DNA from: Desulfatiglandales bacterium
GTDB taxonomy: Bacteria > Desulfobacterota > DSM-4660 > Desulfatiglandales > Desulfatiglandaceae
Length of the DNA stretch: 64,000 bases
Assembly (NCBI GenBank): GCA_963662465.1
Contig: OY759599.1
Span: forward strand, 3,008,001 to 3,072,000
Direction of reading: 5' to 3'
Part shown: piece after piece, positions 53,723 to 63,745 of the stretch
Layout of the letters: every line of letters begins with the position of its first letter
Numbering within the stretch: the stretch's first letter is position 1
The notes under the pieces: generated by a model
Databases searched by the model: none
Seen by the model: the letters and a program-made list of their open reading frames with translations, nothing else
What the model was told of the DNA's origin: nothing
Program-made: the position numbers and the translations under genes

Positions 53723-56700
53723 TCACCGATATAACCACACCCGCAACATGGACAATAGACGCTTGACATCAACGGGTTTTGCCAGATAATCATTGGCGCC
53801 CGCCTCAATGCAAAGATCCCTGTCCCCCGCCATAGCCTTGGCCGTAAGGGCGATAATGGGGAGCCGATGGAACCTGGCCTGGCGCCTGATCCGCCGCATG
53901 GTCTCATATCCGTCCATAACGGGCATCATGATGTCCATCAGAACGAGGTCCACATGGGGGTCTTTTTCAAGGGCGGAAAGGGCCATTTTACCGTCATCCG
54001 CCTTGACCACTTTCATTCCCTTCTCTTCCAGAATCTTGGTCAGCGCAAAGATATTGCGCATGTCATCGTCCACCATGAGAATCTTCTTATCTTTCAGCAG
54101 CAAATCCGTATCATGCAGGTTAATGATCATTTTGCGCTGTTTTTCCGGCATCTTGTCCACCATGCGGTGCAGGAAGAGAGAGGTTTCATCCAGGAGCCGC
54201 TCATCGGACTTTACCCCCTTGATGATAATGGACTCCGCATACTCCCGCAGTTTCATTTCTTCTTCGCGGGTCAGATCCCTTCCGGTGTATACGATCACGG
54301 GCGGAATCGCCGTGTGGCCATCCCGCTCAAGCGTCTTCAGGAGGTCGAAGCCGGTCATATCCGGCAGCCCCAGGTCCAGGATGACACAATCGTAACGGGT
54401 GGTTCTCAAGGCGTTCAGGGCCGATTCCCCCGTTGCCGCCTCATCCACCCGGATGTCTCCGTTCCCCACCAGACGCACCACGCTGCCGCGCAGGATATCA
54501 TCGTCCTCCACCACCAGGAGGTTTTTCATCTTTCGGTCAAGAATATCCTCGAGCCGGGAGAAGGCCGCTTCCAGATCTTCCTGTTTGACCGGTTTGTTCA
54601 GAAAACCGATGGCCCCCTTTCTGAACGCCTCGATGGTGGGGTCCTCCACGGACATCACATGCACGGGGATATGGCGAAGGGCCGAGTCTTCCTTCAACGC
54701 CTCCAGGACCGCCCAGCCGTCCATGCCCGGAAGCCGGATATCCAGAATGACGGCCTGGGGCAAATGTTCCGACGCAAGGGAGAGCCCCTCTTCGCCGGTG
54801 GCGGACGCCAGGCACTTGAATCCCCTGTCGTGGCACTGCTTCAACAGCAGCGCCGCAAACCGGTGATCATCCTCGATCACCAGGATAACCCTCTCCCCCT
54901 TTACGATATTCTCGCGATCATCGGGGATCGAGGCGATATGCCGGATGCCGGTGGAAGCGGAACGGAGAATACGCGGTACAGGGGATTGCTGAACACCCTC
55001 CACAGACCAATCTCTTCTGCTTTCCGGCTGTGGTGTTTTTTTCTCCGGTTTCAGGGTTCCACTTTCAGGCTTTGGTTTTTCCATATCCATGGGCAGATAA
55101 AGCGTAAAGGTACTCCCCTTCCCCACCTCGCTTTGCATCTGGATTTCTCCCCCCAGGAGATGGGCCAACTCCCTGGAGATGGATAGCCCCAGCCCCGTTC
55201 CACCGTACTTCCGGGCCGTGGTGCCGTCGGCCTGCTGAAATGCCTCAAAAATGATCTTCTGTTTCTCCTCGGGGATGCCGATCCCCGTATCCTTTATGGA
55301 AATGGCCACGGTATTGGAAACGGAAAGCCCGCTGCTGAAAAGGGTCACCCCTTTTTGCGGGCGATCCATGCGAACCGTGATACGCCCTCCCTTATCCGTG
55401 AACTTGATGGCATTGGCCATGAGGTTCCGGATAATCTGCTCGGCCCGTTTGCCATCCGTGTTGATCTCCGCCGGCAGGGTTTCACCCATCTCAACCTCAA
55501 GCCCGATATCTTTTTCCCCGGCCATGTGGGCGAAATGGTCCCGAATATTGCCCGCCAGGATGTCCATTTTGACCTTTTCAAACTGCACTTCCACTTTTCC
55601 GGCCTCGATCCGGCTCAAATCCAGGATCTCGTTGATCAGGGAGAGCAGTTGATTGCCGCTGTCATGGATCACCTTTGCGGATTCCATCTGCTCTTCCGTC
55701 AGGGTCCCCTCCTTATTGTCGGCCAACATCCGGGCCAGCAGGAGGAGGCTGTTCAGGGGCGTCCGGAGTTCATGGGACATATTGGCCAGAAACTCGGATT
55801 TGTACCTGCCGGCAATGGCCAGTTGTTCGGCCCTCTCTTCCACCTGTGCCCTGGCCCGCTGGAGATTCCGGTTGGTCTGCTCCACATCCCGTTTCTGCCT
55901 CTCGAGGGCTTCGGTTTTTTCCTCCAGCTCTTCGTTGGTAACCTCCAATTCCTCCTGCTGGGTCTTAAGCCGCTCTTCCGATGCCTGGAGGGCCTGGGTC
56001 TGTTCCTCCAGCTCCTCGTTGGCGGCCTTGAGTTCCTCCTGCTGGGTCTCCAGTTCCTCGGTAAGGGCCTGGGAACGGGAAAGGGCCTCGGAAAGCCGGT
56101 CCCTGGCCTGTGCCGTCTCAATACTGATGGCCGCGGCCGGCATAACCTGATTCAGGTAGAGAAGTTGAAGGTCGGTCATATCGTCCAGGGTTCCGATCTC
56201 CAGGACCCCCTTCACGCGCTCCTCATAGAGAAGCGGGGTCACGGAGATAAACCGGGGGACGGCCTCCCCCAGGCCTGAGGTGACCCTGATATAATCTTCG
56301 GGCACATTGCGCACCAGGATCGGTTTTTTCTCCAGGGCCGCCTGCCCCACCAGGCCTTCCCCCGAACGGAACCGGTTGGACAGATTCTTCCGCTGGGTAT
56401 AAGCGTAACTCCCGGTCAGTAAGAAAGTTTCCGCCGGCCCCTCCTCGGCCGTAACGTAGATGGCGCCCACCTGGGCGCCCAGATAAGTGGAAACCTCCGA
56501 GATAATCTTTCCGGTCAACTCATTCATGTCCTGCTCGCCCCGCATGACCTCGCTGAGCCTGGCGATACCGGTCTTCAACCAGTCCTGGGCTTCCATCTCA
56601 TCCCGGGATTTTCTAAGGGCCGTCTGCATCTCCCGGATGGAAGCCGCCAGTTTCCCGGTCTCATCTTCTCCTTTTGCCGCCACGGGGGTATCCAGATTGC

Positions 56701-57391
56701 CCTTTGCAATAGCATCGGCCACGCCGACCATATTGTTGAGGCCGGAGGATATGGAGTGGGACAGCATCATCCCGAGGGCCAGGGCGCCGACCAGGGCGCC
56801 CAGGGTCAGGATGATCATCAGGGTAATCGCCCTCTGAACCTCCCTGTCGCCCCGGGCCTTGCTTTCCGCCAGGTCCTTATCGTTTTTTCCCACAATAAGG
56901 GCGATCAACTCTCCGGCCTTCTGCCTGAGTTCGCGCCCTTTTCCCATGCTCAGGGCGGCAGCCTCATCTTTCCGGTCCAGTCCGGCAAACCGTTGCACCT
57001 CCCGGGTTGTCTCCAGGAAACGGCCCCAGACCCGGGCAAACTCATCCAGCGTGCTCTTCTCGTCAGGGTCTGAGAGTTCCCTCAGGCGGCCGGCCGTCTT
57101 CATGAGCTCCGCCTGGAGATCCTCGATGGCTTTTTCAAACTCCTTCCGCTCACCATCCGACTTGGCGAGGATAATATTCTTCTCCCCCCTGACAACTTCC
57201 AGTGTTTGCGCCTGCATCCTCCCGGCCAGCCGGATACTCTCGCTGTCCCGGTCCACGATCAGGTCCAGATTCGTCTCCATCCCTTTCAGAAAATAGAGGC
57301 CACAAAGGGCCACCACCACCTCAGCCGCCACAACAATGAGCAGGATGGTGAGAATCTTTTTGCCGATGGAGAAATTCCTGAAAAAATTCAC
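53723..57391 (-). CDS. Hybrid kinase: four-helix-bundle sensor, HAMP, GAF, coiled coil, HisKA, HATPase, three REC
   Basis: FLANMSHELRTPLNS, RKYGGTGLGL, three receiver domains. Confidence 0.93.
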   Translation of the reverse strand: MNFFRNFSIGKKILTILLIVVAAEVVVALCGLYFLKGMETNLDLIVDRDSESIRLAGRMQAQTLEVVRGEKNIILAKSDGERKEFEKAIEDLQAELMKTAGRLRELSDPDEKSTLDEFARVWGRFLETTREVQRFAGLDRKDEAAALSMGKGRELRQKAGELIALIVGKNDKDLAESKARGDREVQRAITLMIILTLGALVGALALGMMLSHSISSGLNNMVGVADAIAKGNLDTPVAAKGEDETGKLAASIREMQTALRKSRDEMEAQDWLKTGIARLSEVMRGEQDMNELTGKIISEVSTYLGAQVGAIYVTAEEGPAETFLLTGSYAYTQRKNLSNRFRSGEGLVGQAALEKKPILVRNVPEDYIRVTSGLGEAVPRFISVTPLLYEERVKGVLEIGTLDDMTDLQLLYLNQVMPAAAISIETAQARDRLSEALSRSQALTEELETQQEELKAANEELEEQTQALQASEERLKTQQEELEVTNEELEEKTEALERQKRDVEQTNRNLQRARAQVEERAEQLAIAGRYKSEFLANMSHELRTPLNSLLLLARMLADNKEGTLTEEQMESAKVIHDSGNQLLSLINEILDLSRIEAGKVEVQFEKVKMDILAGNIRDHFAHMAGEKDIGLEVEMGETLPAEINTDGKRAEQIIRNLMANAIKFTDKGGRITVRMDRPQKGVTLFSSGLSVSNTVAISIKDTGIGIPEEKQKIIFEAFQQADGTTARKYGGTGLGLSISRELAHLLGGEIQMQSEVGKGSTFTLYLPMDMEKPKPESGTLKPEKKTPQPESRRDWSVEGVQQSPVPRILRSASTGIRHIASIPDDRENIVKGERVILVIEDDHRFAALLLKQCHDRGFKCLASATGEEGLSLASEHLPQAVILDIRLPGMDGWAVLEALKEDSALRHIPVHVMSVEDPTIEAFRKGAIGFLNKPVKQEDLEAAFSRLEDILDRKMKNLLVVEDDDILRGSVVRLVGNGDIRVDEAATGESALNALRTTRYDCVILDLGLPDMTGFDLLKTLERDGHTAIPPVIVYTGRDLTREEEMKLREYAESIIIKGVKSDERLLDETSLFLHRMVDKMPEKQRKMIINLHDTDLLLKDKKILMVDDDMRNIFALTKILEEKGMKVVKADDGKMALSALEKDPHVDLVLMDIMMPVMDGYETMRRIRRQARFHRLPIIALTAKAMAGDRDLCIEAGANDYLAKPVDVKRLLSMLRVWLYR

Positions 57392-59466
57392 GGCGCACCC
57401 CCTGTCAGCACTTCTCGCACCTTCCGTGCCAGACCCTCAGGCGTAAAGGGTTTCTGGAGGAAGGCGGTATCCTTGTCGAGTATGCCGTGGTGAACAATGG
57501 CGTTGTCCGTGTAACCCGACATGAAAAGAACCTTGATGTCCGGTTGGAGCGTCTTCATACACTCCGCCGCCTCCTTTCCACTCATCACGGGCATTACCAC
57601 GTCAGTCACCAGAAGGTGGATGGTCTCTCCATGGGTTTTGGCAATCTCAAGGGCCGACGGACCTCCTTCGGCCGACAGGACTTTGTACCCATACTTTTTA
57701 AGGATCTTACAGGCCATATTCCTGAGCTGAGCATCATCTTCAACCACCAGCACGGTCTCCGCACCCTGGAGCGACTCCGGCGGGATCTTCAGCGGGTCCA
57801 ACACGGGGTGCGCTTTATCCACCCTGGGCAGATAGATCTTGAAACAGGTCCCTTTACCCGGCTCGCTGTACACCCAGATATGCCCACCGGCCTGCTTGAC
57901 GATTCCATAAACCGTGGAAAGCCCGAGTCCCGTCCCCTTCCCCACCGCCTTGGTGGTAAAGAAAGGATCGAAGATCTGAGACCGAACTGCTTCCGTCATT
58001 CCCTCCCCCGTATCGCTTACGGCCAGCATCACATGCGGGCCTGGGGTAACGGCAATGTGTTTTGCAGCGTATTCCCGGTCCAGTTCCACGTTTGCCGTCT
58101 CGATGGTAAGCCTCCCCCCCTTCGGCATGGCATCCCGGGCATTGACCGCCAGGTTCATGATGATCTGCTCCACCTGCCCCGGATCTCCCTCCACCTGTCC
58201 CAGATCGGAAGAAAGCGTTGTTTCAAGCGCAATATCTTCGCCGATAATGCGGCGCAACATCTTGTCCACACCCAACACCAGCGCATTGAAATTCAAGACC
58301 ACGGGCTGAATGATCTGTCTGCGGCTGAACGCCAGAATCTGCCGGGTCAAGGATGCGGCTCGCTCCCCGGCCTTTTTGATCTCAAGGATACTTTCGCGAA
58401 GGGGGTCGTCTTCCGGGATCATCATCAGGGTCAGATCGGCGTTGCCCATGACAATGGTCATGAGGTTGTTGAAGTCATGGGCAATGCCGCCGGAGAGCCT
58501 GCCCACGGCCTCCATTTTCTGGGCCTGATGCAGCTGTTCTTCCATTTTTTTCTTTTCATCATCCGCGGACTTCAGTTTTTCTTCCCGGTCGACATTGAAG
58601 AGGGCAAAGCCGATATCTTCTCCCATTTCCTGGAACAGCCCCTGCGTTTCGCGATCACGGACAAAGGCTTGCGGCACGGAAGAGGTCAAAACCCCGTAAA
58701 TTCTCCCGTCATGGCAAAGTCTCACGGAAAAAGCAGCCTGGCTCCGACAATAGCGTCTAAGGGGGCATGCCCTGCACTCCGCGAAAACATCTTCGATAAC
58801 CGATATCCCTGTTTGCGCCAGGGCTCTTTGGGCACATGGGGGAAGGCTTCCCCTTTCAAGCCATTCCTTCAACGCCGGGAAAGAAGCCTCATAACCCGCA
58901 TCCGCCCACTGAACGGATTTTTTGGATTCATCCAGGAGACTGATCCAGGTGCTGTTGAACCCCTGGGTTGCCACCAGATTCTCACAGGCCCGCCGGATCA
59001 AGCGACCTCGATCCTTTTCCTTTGTGATCAACTGGTTCACCTTCCGTATGGCACGGATCACCCGGTTAAGATGCCGAATTCTTTCTTCACCTTTCTTTCT
59101 CTCGGTAATATCGTTAAGGGAGGTCAGGAAGCAGCGTCTTCCTTCCCAGTCGATTTCCACCGACCGCATGGCGGCATCCGCCCAGCCCCCCGCCGGCCTT
59201 AGGATCTTGACATCGGAACTTCCGTGCCCGGTCATGGGAAACCCGATATCCATCCCCATCAAGCCTGATACGGAACGACCGAAAAGCGCTTCGGCGGCCG
59301 GGTTGGCGAAATGAATAATGCCGTCACGGCCCACCACAAGGATGGCGTCAGCATTGCTTTCGATGATCATTTTCAACTGTGATTCACTTTGAAGCAACAC
59401 ATCCCGCCCCTCTCCTGACTTCTCAGCATCCAACATCATCTCCTCCATGAGACTTCCATTCCCCAA
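57388..59466 (-). CDS. Hybrid kinase PAS-GAF-HisKA-HATPase-REC
   Basis: GGIAHDFNN, NARDAMP, GKGTGLGL, C-terminal REC; start may be slightly downstream. Confidence 0.92.
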   Translation of the reverse strand: MGNGSLMEEMMLDAEKSGEGRDVLLQSESQLKMIIESNADAILVVGRDGIIHFANPAAEALFGRSVSGLMGMDIGFPMTGHGSSDVKILRPAGGWADAAMRSVEIDWEGRRCFLTSLNDITERKKGEERIRHLNRVIRAIRKVNQLITKEKDRGRLIRRACENLVATQGFNSTWISLLDESKKSVQWADAGYEASFPALKEWLERGSLPPCAQRALAQTGISVIEDVFAECRACPLRRYCRSQAAFSVRLCHDGRIYGVLTSSVPQAFVRDRETQGLFQEMGEDIGFALFNVDREEKLKSADDEKKKMEEQLHQAQKMEAVGRLSGGIAHDFNNLMTIVMGNADLTLMMIPEDDPLRESILEIKKAGERAASLTRQILAFSRRQIIQPVVLNFNALVLGVDKMLRRIIGEDIALETTLSSDLGQVEGDPGQVEQIIMNLAVNARDAMPKGGRLTIETANVELDREYAAKHIAVTPGPHVMLAVSDTGEGMTEAVRSQIFDPFFTTKAVGKGTGLGLSTVYGIVKQAGGHIWVYSEPGKGTCFKIYLPRVDKAHPVLDPLKIPPESLQGAETVLVVEDDAQLRNMACKILKKYGYKVLSAEGGPSALEIAKTHGETIHLLVTDVVMPVMSGKEAAECMKTLQPDIKVLFMSGYTDNAIVHHGILDKDTAFLQKPFTPEGLARKVREVLTGGAP

Positions 59467-59494
59467 TCATCAATCGCCAATCAACAATCAACAA

Positions 59495-59803
59495 TCAACA
59501 ATCCCTCAGTCCCAGCGCCCCAAGCACCTTTTGTGCATCGCCAAAACTCCCCACTATTCTTTTTCGGGGAGGGTTGGTCTTCATCAAGGTGGGAGTGGCC
59601 AATATCTGATCTCTTTCGGCCCGTTCCAGGTCCTTTGATAAATCGATGCACTCTAAACGGCATCTTCCCGCCAGATGGACTTTTCGGATTTGTTCAACCT
59701 GAGCCATGCTCTCTCTTGATTTTGGCGTATCGCCATAAATGTAAAGGCAAAGTTCCAAGGTCTCTTTTTCTTGATCAAAACCCTCATGATTCACCGCGGT
59801 CAT
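59495..59803 (-). CDS. KaiB-domain protein
   Basis: LCLYIYGDTPKS...IDL...AERDQILATPTLMKTNPPRKRIVG. Confidence 0.85.
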   Translation of the reverse strand: MTAVNHEGFDQEKETLELCLYIYGDTPKSRESMAQVEQIRKVHLAGRCRLECIDLSKDLERAERDQILATPTLMKTNPPRKRIVGSFGDAQKVLGALGLRDC

Positions 59804-59888
59804 ATGATTTCTCCCGAGTTTCTGAGGTCTTACTGCATTTTGAAAAATCCCTGAATTTTTCCCATGTTCCGCATCAAAGTTCCCCGGT

Positions 59889-60458
59889 TTAACCACGCCC
59901 TTTCAGAAGGGACCTTACCTGTTCAATCAAAGGCGCCCTTTCAAGAGGCTTTGGAAGGTAACCGTCGGCGCCCATCGTCATAATGCGATTTCTGTTCTCG
60001 GCTGTATCGTAACCGGTCACCGCCAGAATTTTGATGTGGGAGGTGCCGGGGTCATCCTTGATTTTGCGACAGACCTCAAATCCATCCATCCCCGGCATGA
60101 AAAGATCCAGGATGATCAGTCCGGGTTTGAACGCCATGACTTTTGCCCCCGCCTCAAAACCGTCCGCGGCGATTTGTGTTTGATACCCCTGGTGCGTCAT
60201 TAATTTGCTCAGCATTTTCCGCATTGCGGGATCATCGTCCACGATCAGGATTCTGCGGATTTCAGGCTGATAAATTCCAAAGGGATAAACCCCCCTTTTT
60301 TTCAGGAAGGCCTCCAGGTCTTCCTGGAGTATCCGATAATGCCCCCCCGGCGTCGTGTGAGCTTTCAAATCACCCGATTTCACATACTTCCATAAGGTCA
60401 CCCTGCTGACGGAAGACCTTCTGGCTGCTTCAGGGACGCTTAAAATCCTGTCATCCAC
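59889..60458 (-). CDS. Response regulator with N-terminal excisionase-type HTH
   Basis: LSVPEAAR...TPGGHYRI then ILIVDDD...LDLFMPGMDG. Confidence 0.9.
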   Translation of the reverse strand: MDDRILSVPEAARRSSVSRVTLWKYVKSGDLKAHTTPGGHYRILQEDLEAFLKKRGVYPFGIYQPEIRRILIVDDDPAMRKMLSKLMTHQGYQTQIAADGFEAGAKVMAFKPGLIILDLFMPGMDGFEVCRKIKDDPGTSHIKILAVTGYDTAENRNRIMTMGADGYLPKPLERAPLIEQVRSLLKGRG

Positions 60459-60627
60459 CGGGTTGAATCCCTTCTGTTTGAAAGATCAAAGATTAATTAC
60501 TTTAATAAAAGCAAAGCAAACTATCCAAATAAACCTTCTTAACATTCTAAACCTTACGCCTACGCATATGTCAAGAAAATAATCCCAAAAGAAACCCATA
60601 TTAGACCTTCCAGAAATCGGGAAATTA

Positions 60628-61023
60628 TCAAGGCAGGATGACTCTCAATGAGAAATGATCTGATATGGGTGTAAAATCCTTATCATCATGAAGCAACATC
60701 AATTCATTGACCATACAAAAAGCGGCGATAATGACATCAATGGTTTTTCTAACGGTAATGCCTTTCTTTCGAAGCCCCCGATAAATGCTGACGCTCTTTA
60801 ACGCAACCTCATAACCTCCCAATTCCCGAAAAGGCAATTCTTCGAAGAATGATTTTGCCTTTTCATAGTCGCTGTCCGACCGAAAACCTTGAAGAACTTC
60901 AGTAAATATCAAGTCGCCCATTATGATGGGAACATGGGGGAGCAGTGCGTCAAGCGTGTCCGTTTGCCAGCTGGATATGCCATTGAAATAGTCAATCCAA
61001 ACCGACGAATCTACCACAATCAT
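60628..61023 (-). CDS. vapC: VapC PIN-domain toxin
   Basis: VDSSVWIDY, EVLQG, TIDVIIA, LLHDDKDF. Confidence 0.92.
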   Translation of the reverse strand: MIVVDSSVWIDYFNGISSWQTDTLDALLPHVPIIMGDLIFTEVLQGFRSDSDYEKAKSFFEELPFRELGGYEVALKSVSIYRGLRKKGITVRKTIDVIIAAFCMVNELMLLHDDKDFTPISDHFSLRVILP

Positions 61024-61214
61024 GGGTCAAGTCTCATGGAATCGAGATCGCCTTCCCATTTCAGTTTTCCGCGCAATCCTTTAAGACGTTCTTGTCTTTT
61101 CAGTTGTATTAAAAGCTTCAGTCCTTTTTCAACGACTGCTTTTTTGGTTTTCAACCGGCTCAGAAGCATTGCATCGGACATGAGTTTATCATCAATCACA
61201 ATATTTGTTCGCAT
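61020..61214 (-). CDS. vapB: VapB antitoxin
   Basis: MRTNIVIDDKLM...LRGKLKWEGDL, ATGA overlap with vapC. Confidence 0.9.
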   Translation of the reverse strand: MRTNIVIDDKLMSDAMLLSRLKTKKAVVEKGLKLLIQLKRQERLKGLRGKLKWEGDLDSMRLDP

Positions 61215-61279
61215 GGCGGCCCCCGTTTGTGTATAATATTGTAAACGTATACACCTATAACGAAAAATACAAGCGAAAA

Positions 61280-62206
61280 TCAAATACCTCTTGTGGGAAA
61301 AACCGTGACGTTTCCGCTCTTGAAATTCACGATCACAATGCCTGAAACAATCAGCGCTAAAGCCAGCAGAAGCTCCCAGGTGATCAGCTCTCCGAGTACC
61401 AGCCCGCCCAGCACGACACCGGCGATGGGCATAATAAAGATGAAAGAATGCAACGCCACGGCGCCGTATTTCAACAGCAGGGTGTTCCAGGCCACAAATC
61501 CGAAGGAGGCGGTCACAAGACTCTGGTAAAGAAGGGCGCACAACACTTTCCCATCCAGATGAAAGACCATGGTTGCATCCATGAAATATCCCGCAACCAG
61601 AAAGACGGGAACACAGAAAAGCATGGGATAGAACACGATCTGAAATGGAGAAAAGAGATGGATGATGCGTTTGGTATAGATCGTATTCACGGCCCAGAGA
61701 AATGCGCTGGCCAGGATCATTAAATCACCCACCTGAATATCCGCGGTAACCCCGTTTTTGCCTGAAAAAACCAGGACCATTCCGATGGCGCCCATTGTCA
61801 AACCCATGACTTTTTTCCTTGTAATCCGGTCTCCGGGAATAAACCGGTGGGCCAGGAGCAGGACGAAAAAGGGTTGAAGGTTCATCATCAATGTTCCCCT
61901 TGAAGCGCTGGTTTTCCCGAGCCCCAGATACAACAGTCCCAACTGCAATGTAAACACAACGGAGATGATCAGAAGCTGAAAGGCCTGTCCCTTTCTCAAC
62001 GCAAAAGGTCTCCCGGTCAATCTGGCCCATAGGTAGATGGCTGCGGCGGCGACGGCAAACCGGATACCCGCGGCCGAAAACGGCCCCAAGCCCGAAAGAC
62101 TGTACTTGATGGCCACGGCATTGGCGCCGAACAGCGTACAGAGAAAACCCGTAAACAGGGCGGCGGGCAGTGGGATATTCTGGTTGCTGAGATTATTCTG
62201 GGTCAT
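61280..62206 (-). CDS. DMT/EamA family transporter
   Basis: About ten TM helices in two EamA repeats. Confidence 0.9.
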   Translation of the reverse strand: MTQNNLSNQNIPLPAALFTGFLCTLFGANAVAIKYSLSGLGPFSAAGIRFAVAAAAIYLWARLTGRPFALRKGQAFQLLIISVVFTLQLGLLYLGLGKTSASRGTLMMNLQPFFVLLLAHRFIPGDRITRKKVMGLTMGAIGMVLVFSGKNGVTADIQVGDLMILASAFLWAVNTIYTKRIIHLFSPFQIVFYPMLFCVPVFLVAGYFMDATMVFHLDGKVLCALLYQSLVTASFGFVAWNTLLLKYGAVALHSFIFIMPIAGVVLGGLVLGELITWELLLALALIVSGIVIVNFKSGNVTVFPTRGI

Positions 62207-62479
62207 TTTTTCCTATGGGTCCGTTGAAGCAGGGAGTTCAGGCGGTATTCCTAATGCATTGGAAAACAAGCATGATAGTTTACCACAAATGCATTTGAGA
62301 TGCATAAAAAAGGATTGATCCTTGTGTGGCCAGGGGGCAGAATAAAATTCGAAGCCTTAGATATTTGGAACAAGAACGTTCTTGACCTTACGTGGGAGTT
62401 TTTCTATTATCTTTTTCACGGAAAATGACCTCTTTCACCCCAACCCACCACCGTCAAGAACTAATCAGGAGTACTGGAA

Positions 62480-63166
62480 ATGAAAGAAAAGACATACGGT
62501 GAAAACGCTTTCCCGGGCATCCCCGATGAAAATGAGGCATATGCCAATCAGGTCCTTGACACAACCCTGAGTCATTTTAACATTGCTGTCAATGAACCTG
62601 TTGTGCGGGCGCTCAGAAGACGGATTTGGTCTCTCATCAACATAAAGGAAACCGAAAGTCACCATGTTTCATATCTGGCATTGTATGAACAAAACAAGGG
62701 ACGGGAAATCTGGCATGCATTCCTGAGCGGCAATACGGACCGGGTGTTGATGTCCAACCGCAGAGGGCTGGAAGGCGAGGCATTCAGAAAACGCATTGTG
62801 AAGATCTATCCCAGGGATCAACCTTACGGCGAAGCGATCACCCCGGATATGATGAAGCGGGAAAGGCCTACGGAAGAGCTGAAGGCATACTATGAGTTTC
62901 AAACCGACCAAAATCAATTGATCGGCATCACGGACATTGCAAACATCGAAGTCATTGCACTCAAGGATGGACGCGTTTTCTGCATTTCCCAAGGCGCTCT
63001 CACGCGATCAACGGAAGAAATGCGCATGATACAGGGATTGCTGGTCAAGGTGACACAGCTTGCCGATAGGGTAACCGGCATGGAACAAACCCTCAATGAA
63101 ACGCTTGAAACCCTTGTAAAGGATGTGGATCACCTTCGTGGGAAAACAGAAAGGAGACGACCATGA
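62480..63166 (+). CDS. Hypothetical protein with C-terminal coiled coil
   Basis: 228-aa ORF with GGAG RBS; ATGA overlap with next gene. Confidence 0.7.
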   Translation: MKEKTYGENAFPGIPDENEAYANQVLDTTLSHFNIAVNEPVVRALRRRIWSLINIKETESHHVSYLALYEQNKGREIWHAFLSGNTDRVLMSNRRGLEGEAFRKRIVKIYPRDQPYGEAITPDMMKRERPTEELKAYYEFQTDQNQLIGITDIANIEVIALKDGRVFCISQGALTRSTEEMRMIQGLLVKVTQLADRVTGMEQTLNETLETLVKDVDHLRGKTERRRP

Positions 63167-63723
63167 AAACTAAAAGTAAAAGACTTCAAACCCTAAAGAT
63201 GATGATCATGGGGATTATCATTCTCTTCACCGCGGGCGTTGTCAATGCCGCGCAAAGCGAAATCACCAAAGCGGAAATCCTGAAGGCTCAGAAAGCCTGG
63301 GGCGATGCGCTGGTTAATCTTGGAAAAACCTACACGGATGGCCGGGACTATCAAAAAGCGGCGGAGACCCTGGTTGACGATCTATACGCATACCAGACCG
63401 GCCAGGTACTCTTTAAACCCACCAAGGCCTCCGATATCAAGTTTCGGACAACAAAAGAAGGCGCCATATCCTATTTCATAGGACATAACAAGAATTTCCC
63501 GGAAGACAACGGTTTCGCCCTGGCCCCTTGGACGAAGGTCCGATTCAAGAATGCGGCAACCTACATCAACGGCAATATCGCCATGGCCATGGGGAAATAT
63601 TACTTCACGCCCCAAAAGGGAGACACGGTAAAAGTCGAGTACACTTTCGGCTATGTTAAAAACAATGACGGCAAACTTAAGATCGTTTTACATCATTCCT
63701 CTCTGCCATATGACAAAAAGTAA
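63163..63723 (+). CDS. Secreted iota-class carbonic anhydrase-like protein (COG4337 type)
   Basis: Signal peptide; LFKPTKA, FR, SYFIG, EDNGFA, VEYTFGY, HHSSLPY. Confidence 0.75.
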   Translation: MKTKSKRLQTLKMMIMGIIILFTAGVVNAAQSEITKAEILKAQKAWGDALVNLGKTYTDGRDYQKAAETLVDDLYAYQTGQVLFKPTKASDIKFRTTKEGAISYFIGHNKNFPEDNGFALAPWTKVRFKNAATYINGNIAMAMGKYYFTPQKGDTVKVEYTFGYVKNNDGKLKIVLHHSSLPYDKK

Positions 63724-63745
63724 AAGCCTGTTCAATTGTTCAATC

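Noticed and set aside
57487..59202. Long plus-strand ORFs (571 aa here; also 53867-55186, 8557-9690, 7266-8297, 3857-4774)
   Set aside because: Antisense shadows of well-supported minus-strand genes in GC-rich DNA; no motifs
61215..61541. N-terminal extension of the vapB ORF (likewise the track's longer starts for atpA, atpC, kamA and 49848-50600)
   Set aside because: Extensions overlap neighbouring genes or precede a better RBS/start; trimmed starts were used
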